Positions 58,704 through 64,000 of a stretch of DNA of 64,000 nt are shown one piece after another. The notes under the pieces were generated by a model. That model saw only the letters and a program-made list of their open reading frames with translations. It was not told the DNA's origin and ran no database searches. How positions within the stretch are numbered: the stretch's first letter is position 1; each line of letters starts with the position of its first letter. The DNA is from a virus. The DNA lies in IMG/VR virus record IMGVR_UViG_3300033149_003526, positions 2,852 to 66,851 of that record. The stretch is one strand, 5' to 3'. Position numbers and translations under genes: made by a program.

Positions 58704-60887
58704 ATGATTAAAAACATAGGAACTTTAATAAAAATACTTAAACCTAAATTAGAAGAGTATTTAAATAGTCAGGGAATAAAAACTAACTCTAAACTATTTA
58801 AATGTCCAAACTATAAAGCACATAATAATCTAGATGCTAAACCTTCTTGTAATTTTTATCCAGATAAAACAATGTTTAAATGTTTTGCTTGTAAAGCTAG
58901 TGGTGATATTTTTGATGCATTATATTACTTAGAAGGTAAAGATATAAAAGGAGATAATTTCGTAGAAGCTGTTAAATATCTATGTAATAAATTTAACATA
59001 CAATATGAAGAAATTGTTACTGAAGAAGAACAATTTTTCAAAGAAGTATCTAGTTTTTTAGATAGTTTAGTTAATATTGCATATATAAATCTTAAAAATA
59101 TTATATCTCAGAAATCTGATACTAAAATAATCAGTTTTTTAAAAAGTAAACAATGGGACGCATCAATTGATAAATTTAAATTAGGTATATTAACTAAAAT
59201 ACCAGATATTAATGTAGATAGTGATATATTAACATACTTAAGGCTTGGTAATGATAAATTAACTGACAAAATACTTAATAGAATAATAATTCCAATATAT
59301 AATGATAAAAATGAAATCTGTGGAATAACTTGTAGGAGTATTGAAGAAAATGTAACTAATAAATATCTTCATTTTATTTATTATCAAATCCAAAACATAT
59401 TATTTAACCTTAATAATATAAATAATTCTGAATCAGTATATATAGTAGAAGGTCCTTCTTCTGTTATAACATTAAATAAATATAATGTAACTAATGTAGT
59501 AGCTACATTTGGTAATACTTTACATGAAAAACAATTAGAGTTATTAGTAAAGAAAAATGTTAAAAAAATTATAATGGCTTATGATAATGATTTTGGTGGT
59601 ATAGATGGTTTAAACAATTCTTTATTATTACTAAGCACAAAGAAAAAAGATTTTGAATCTATAAAAATATTACAATTAGATAACGATTTAGATCCTGGTG
59701 AACATATAATACAGCATAAAAGTTTAGAAGTAAAATCTAATGAAATATCTTTATTAGATTATATTTTTAATAATTATAAAAAAGATACTAAAAATAAATA
59801 TTTTGAAAAATGTTTAGCATTTTATTTAAATAATATAGAAGATTTAGTATTAAAAGAAAAAACAATTAAATTAATTGCTAAAAAATTAGATATTAATAAA
59901 TCTACTTTAGAACAAATTATAAAGTCCTATGTATCTAAAGAGTCTGATATAAAAGTATCTGATGTTATATTAGAAAAAGAATCTTTAGTGCAAGTAATTA
60001 CTGATTTTGAAAGATGGTCTTGGAGTAGAGGAAAATTATTAGGATTATCTTCATTTAGTCAGTTTGATAAAAAATTAGACGGTATTCAGCATGGATTAAC
60101 TTTAGTAGCAGGAAAACCTAATAGTGGTAAATCTGCTTTGTTAATATCTCTAGCTATACAATTTTTATTAAAAAATAAAGATATTTATGTATTATATTTT
60201 TCTATAGACGATCCAGTGTTTACTACTCTTGCTAGATTCGTATCTAATTTATCAAATTTACCTATAAATGTAATTAGCAATCCTACTTATAAAATATTAA
60301 AAGCTAACTTACCTAATGAAACTAAAAAAGAATATATAAAGAGAAGAGAAGAAGCTATAAATTTTCTAAGACAGCATGCTAAAATATTTTCACTGAAAGA
60401 TTCTACTTACTCTACTGTAGAAGCATTAATTGACAAAATACATACTGTAAAAACGCTAGCTCAAGATCAGCAACTTATTATTATTATAGACAATTTACAT
60501 AATATAAAAAGTGAAAGAAGAATTTCAGATAGGCATTTGTATTCACAAATTTCTAATGAATTAAGTCAGTTAGCTAATACATTAAAATGCCCAATAATAA
60601 CATCTACTCACATCACTAAAGAATCTATAAAAAATAAAGATTTTGAAGGTACTGCTATTAAAGAAACTGTAGATTTGTTTTTTGATGCTAAACTAATTTT
60701 AATGATAGATTTATTGGAAGATACTGAATCAGAAGTAGTAAGAGATGATGTTTCTATGAATATTTATATATCTAAAAATAAAATGTCTGGATTTAAAGGA
60801 AAATTATCATTTATATTTTATAGATCATTGTCAAAAGTAGAAGAAAAAGAAGAAATTGAATATAATGATGCAAATATTTTCGATTAA
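58704..60887 (+). CDS. DNA primase-helicase fusion
   Basis: CHC2 Zn finger (CP..H...CFAC), TOPRIM IVEG/YDND/DP, DnaB-like GKPNSGKS, IIDNLH, SKNK. Confidence 0.92.
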   Translation: MIKNIGTLIKILKPKLEEYLNSQGIKTNSKLFKCPNYKAHNNLDAKPSCNFYPDKTMFKCFACKASGDIFDALYYLEGKDIKGDNFVEAVKYLCNKFNIQYEEIVTEEEQFFKEVSSFLDSLVNIAYINLKNIISQKSDTKIISFLKSKQWDASIDKFKLGILTKIPDINVDSDILTYLRLGNDKLTDKILNRIIIPIYNDKNEICGITCRSIEENVTNKYLHFIYYQIQNILFNLNNINNSESVYIVEGPSSVITLNKYNVTNVVATFGNTLHEKQLELLVKKNVKKIIMAYDNDFGGIDGLNNSLLLLSTKKKDFESIKILQLDNDLDPGEHIIQHKSLEVKSNEISLLDYIFNNYKKDTKNKYFEKCLAFYLNNIEDLVLKEKTIKLIAKKLDINKSTLEQIIKSYVSKESDIKVSDVILEKESLVQVITDFERWSWSRGKLLGLSSFSQFDKKLDGIQHGLTLVAGKPNSGKSALLISLAIQFLLKNKDIYVLYFSIDDPVFTTLARFVSNLSNLPINVISNPTYKILKANLPNETKKEYIKRREEAINFLRQHAKIFSLKDSTYSTVEALIDKIHTVKTLAQDQQLIIIIDNLHNIKSERRISDRHLYSQISNELSQLANTLKCPIITSTHITKESIKNKDFEGTAIKETVDLFFDAKLILMIDLLEDTESEVVRDDVSMNIYISKNKMSGFKGKLSFIFYRSLSKVEEKEEIEYNDANIFD

Positions 60888-63174
60888 TACTATGAAATGT
60901 AATAAATGTGCTTTAGGCAAAAAAAATACTTGTTTTTTTGGATTTGGAGATAAAAATTCAGATATATTTATAATTTTAAGATCCCCTGATAGTTATAACC
61001 AACCTATTTCTACCACTACTAAGAATATATTAAATAAATTGCTATCTTTATCTAATTTATCTAATATTTCTATATATTATAGTTTTGCAATTAAAAGTCA
61101 TATACCGTTAGATAAAACAATTAGTAAAACGTTTTTAAAAATTTGTTCTTTTAATTTAATAGATGAAATACAAAAAGTGCAACCAAAAGTGATTATAGCA
61201 CTGGGTAAAGAAGCTTCATATTTATTTGGTAAAAAATTTATAGTAAATACTATATTTTATGATAAAAATTTTAATAGTTATGTTATTATTACTCATAATC
61301 CTTTGATACTTACACAAACAAAAAATCAAAAGTTAAAACAAGAAATAGTGCAAGCATTTAAAATAGCTAGTGAAATATTAACTGGAAACTATAAAATTGT
61401 TGAAGCAATATCTTCACCAAATGTAAAAATTATCGACAATGTAGAAGAAATCAATAAAATAGACAATATATTATCTGATATAATAGCTATAGATTTAGAA
61501 ACTACTGGATTAAATTTTTTAGTAGATGATATATTATCTATAGGAATATCAGATAAAAATAATAATTATGGGATAATTTATTCTTCTGATTTAAATGACG
61601 CAATTTATAATTTGCTGAAAAAACGAAAACTTATATTTCAAAATGGTAAATTTGATTTAAAATTTCTTAAAAAAGTAAAAATTGATGTCATACAAAATTA
61701 TTATTTTGATACTAAATTGGCATATTACGTTATTTCTGGATGCCATTCATCTTCAAGTTTAGAATCTTTAGCACTTAAATTTTTACATACGAAATTAACT
61801 AAAGGTACTATAGATTTTGACAAAGTAAATTTAGAAAATTTAAATGAATATGCTATATATGCTACAAATGATGCTTATATGACTTATTTATTATATGAAA
61901 TATTCAGTGAAAAAATTAAAAATAATAAAGATTATAACAAACTATTTAATACGATTATTATTCCTACTGCTAAATGGCTTACAGATGCTGAATATTATGG
62001 AATTTTAATAGATAAAAAATATGTAACACAAAAAATAGAAGAAATGAAAAAATTATTAATCGACATAGAAAATAGATTAAAAAATAATAAAAAAATTATT
62101 GAATTTTGCAAAATTAATAATATTGAAGAATTTAATATTAGATCTCCATTACAATTAAAAAAATTATTAAATTATCTATATGATAAAAATATTTCAAACG
62201 TATCAAAACAAACTATAGAACAACTTCAGTCTCGTATAAAAGATGATTTATTATTAGATATTTTAACATATAAACAAATTTATAAAGGTTTTAGTACTTA
62301 TTTTGAAAATTTAATAAAATACAGTAAGTATGATAATTATATCCATACTGAATATTTACAAACTAATACTGCTACTGGTAGATTATCATCTAAAAACCCT
62401 AATTTACAAAATATTACTAAAAGAGGGGTATATGCAAAGGAACTAAGGCAAGCATTTATTGCAAGAGAAGGGTATAGTTTAATACAAGCCGATTATAAAT
62501 CAGCAGAATTAAGAGTATTAGCACATTATTCTAGAGATGATAAATTAATTCAAATGCTAAATGAAGATCAAGATATACATCGTTTTATTGCTTCATTAGC
62601 ATATAAAAAATCTCAAGAAGAAATAACAGATGATGAAAGATCTATTGCAAAAACTGTAGTTTTTGGACTCATATATGGCAGAGGAATAAAATCAGTAGCA
62701 AATCAATTTAATTTAACATTAGAAGAAGCTCAAGATATAAAAGATATTATATTTAATACATTTAATAAAGCAGTTATTTGGATAGAGCAAGTACAAAAAT
62801 TTGTAACTAAATATGGGTATGTGAAAAATTTATTTGGTAGAAAAATTTTAATTCCTGATATTTATAGTGTAAATAAGGAAGAATATCATCATGCTTTAAG
62901 ATGTAGTGTAAATTACCCTATACAATCTACTGCAGCTGATTTAACTAACCTAGCAGGTGCATTGTTATTTGAAAAATTTAAAAAATTAAATTTAGATGCT
63001 AAAATTTTATTAAATATACATGATGCACTAGTAATAGAAACTAAAGATAACTTAATTAAAGATATTATTGAACTAATTAAAACTACTATGATAATTGATG
63101 TACAAAAAATTTCCAAATTAAGGGTTAAATTATCAGTAGATGTAGTATATGGAAAAACATTAAATTTTGAATAA
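60856..63174 (+). CDS. Family A DNA polymerase with N-terminal uracil-DNA-glycosylase-like domain (start probably 60892)
   Basis: CNKC...PKVIIALG...THNP; exonuclease DLETTG, QNGKFD, YA..D; TGRLSS, DY..ELR, R..AK...FG..YG, IQS.AAD, HD. Confidence 0.92.
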   Translation: MNIMMQIFSINTMKCNKCALGKKNTCFFGFGDKNSDIFIILRSPDSYNQPISTTTKNILNKLLSLSNLSNISIYYSFAIKSHIPLDKTISKTFLKICSFNLIDEIQKVQPKVIIALGKEASYLFGKKFIVNTIFYDKNFNSYVIITHNPLILTQTKNQKLKQEIVQAFKIASEILTGNYKIVEAISSPNVKIIDNVEEINKIDNILSDIIAIDLETTGLNFLVDDILSIGISDKNNNYGIIYSSDLNDAIYNLLKKRKLIFQNGKFDLKFLKKVKIDVIQNYYFDTKLAYYVISGCHSSSSLESLALKFLHTKLTKGTIDFDKVNLENLNEYAIYATNDAYMTYLLYEIFSEKIKNNKDYNKLFNTIIIPTAKWLTDAEYYGILIDKKYVTQKIEEMKKLLIDIENRLKNNKKIIEFCKINNIEEFNIRSPLQLKKLLNYLYDKNISNVSKQTIEQLQSRIKDDLLLDILTYKQIYKGFSTYFENLIKYSKYDNYIHTEYLQTNTATGRLSSKNPNLQNITKRGVYAKELRQAFIAREGYSLIQADYKSAELRVLAHYSRDDKLIQMLNEDQDIHRFIASLAYKKSQEEITDDERSIAKTVVFGLIYGRGIKSVANQFNLTLEEAQDIKDIIFNTFNKAVIWIEQVQKFVTKYGYVKNLFGRKILIPDIYSVNKEEYHHALRCSVNYPIQSTAADLTNLAGALLFEKFKKLNLDAKILLNIHDALVIETKDNLIKDIIELIKTTMIIDVQKISKLRVKLSVDVVYGKTLNFE

Positions 63175-63208
63175 TAAATAAGTATATAATATATATGGAG
63201 GACTTAAA

Positions 63209-63547
63209 ATGGTATATAAGATATTAGGTAATGAGAATATTAAAAAATGTACTATAACAGAAATAAAATTATCTAAATCTAAAAAATATCTGTTATGGAT
63301 TTTTTCAGATAATAAAAATACTTATACTGGGATAACATCTTCTGTAATTTGCTATGGGAATAAACCTTATATGTGGTACTCTTTATTAGTAGGATATTTT
63401 TTACCACCTTCTTATACAATAAATTTAGATACTATAATTAACAAACAATGTTATATTACTGTAAACAGAAAAGGAATAGTTACTTCTGTAATTCCGATTA
63501 TAGATAATAAAGATAAAAAAAGTAAAGAAGAAGAATTGTTTTTATGA
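63209..63547 (+). CDS. Hypothetical protein, possibly OB-fold SSB-like
   Basis: Beta-rich with an acidic-hydrophobic tail EEELFL. Confidence 0.45.
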   Translation: MVYKILGNENIKKCTITEIKLSKSKKYLLWIFSDNKNTYTGITSSVICYGNKPYMWYSLLVGYFLPPSYTINLDTIINKQCYITVNRKGIVTSVIPIIDNKDKKSKEEELFL

Positions 63548-64000
63548 AGTACTTGTGTTTAGATATATCAAGTATTAGTACTGGTTTTGCTATTTTTAAG
63601 CAAAATGGCAGTTTATTAGATATAGGTAGAATTATGCCAAATCAGCAATCTCATCCATTAACTAGATTAACTTATGTGGTATCTCAAATTATAAAGAAAT
63701 TTAATAATGTATCAGAATTAATTATTGAAGATGTATATTTAGGAAAAAATGTAAAAACACTAATATATTTATCTAAAATAGCAGGAGCTGTTATTTATGA
63801 ATGGATAGAAATGACTACTAAATTTCCTATATTTTATAATCCAGCATTTGCTAGATCTACTATTGGTTTAAAAGGAAACTGTAATAAGATAGATGTACAA
63901 TTATATGTGTTACAAAAATATAAAGGAGCATCTAGTAAAATGATAAATAAATTTAAAAAACAAATAGAAATAATTAGAAACGATAAAAATTTATCAGCTT
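63544..64000 (+). CDS. ruvC: RuvC-like Holliday junction resolvase (runs off the window end)
   Basis: MKYLCLDISSISTGFA...LIIEDVYLGKN...L....GA...G...K.DV; absent from the ORF track because it has no stop in the window. Confidence 0.82.
   Translation, partial: MKYLCLDISSISTGFAIFKQNGSLLDIGRIMPNQQSHPLTRLTYVVSQIIKKFNNVSELIIEDVYLGKNVKTLIYLSKIAGAVIYEWIEMTTKFPIFYNPAFARSTIGLKGNCNKIDVQLYVLQKYKGASSKMINKFKKQIEIIRNDKNLSA

Noticed and set aside
1-64000. Stop-codon reassignment, as seen in some AT-rich phages
   Set aside because: Conserved genes are full length in the standard code and coding density is high
1-64000. Archaeal virus or prophage interpretation
   Set aside because: Sigma70-type promoters and sigma-like genes point to a bacterial host; no integrase, repressor or host flank is seen in the window

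Overview
The whole window is a large part of a very AT-rich tailed dsDNA bacteriophage genome. It looks siphovirus-like: HK97-type head, tail tube and tape measure are present, and no sheath was recognised. A bacterial host is indicated by TTGACA-N17/18-TGnTATACT promoters and AGGAGG ribosome-binding sites. Layout: (1) + strand 1-10357: nucleotide metabolism and repair (internally deleted FolE2, SbcD/SbcC, phosphoesterase, deoxyribosyltransferase-like protein, QueD, dATP/dGTP diphosphohydrolase), a sigma factor split over two ORFs, then terminase and portal. (2) - strand 37178-10360: virion module. It contains a 1290-aa MBL/nucleotidyltransferase/ATP-ligase/LigD-phosphoesterase polyprotein just upstream of the prohead protease, and a GT9 + pyruvyltransferase cassette directly after the major capsid gene. 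(3) A non-coding divergence region, then + strand early genes, RuvB, QueE, a protease/MgtC/M42 island, RNase HII, two DNA methyltransferases, 5'-3' exonuclease, primase-helicase, UDG-fused family A polymerase and a RuvC cut by the window edge. No tRNA, CRISPR array, integrase or endolysin was recognised. All calls come from motif recognition by eye; no database searches were run, so novelty is untested.
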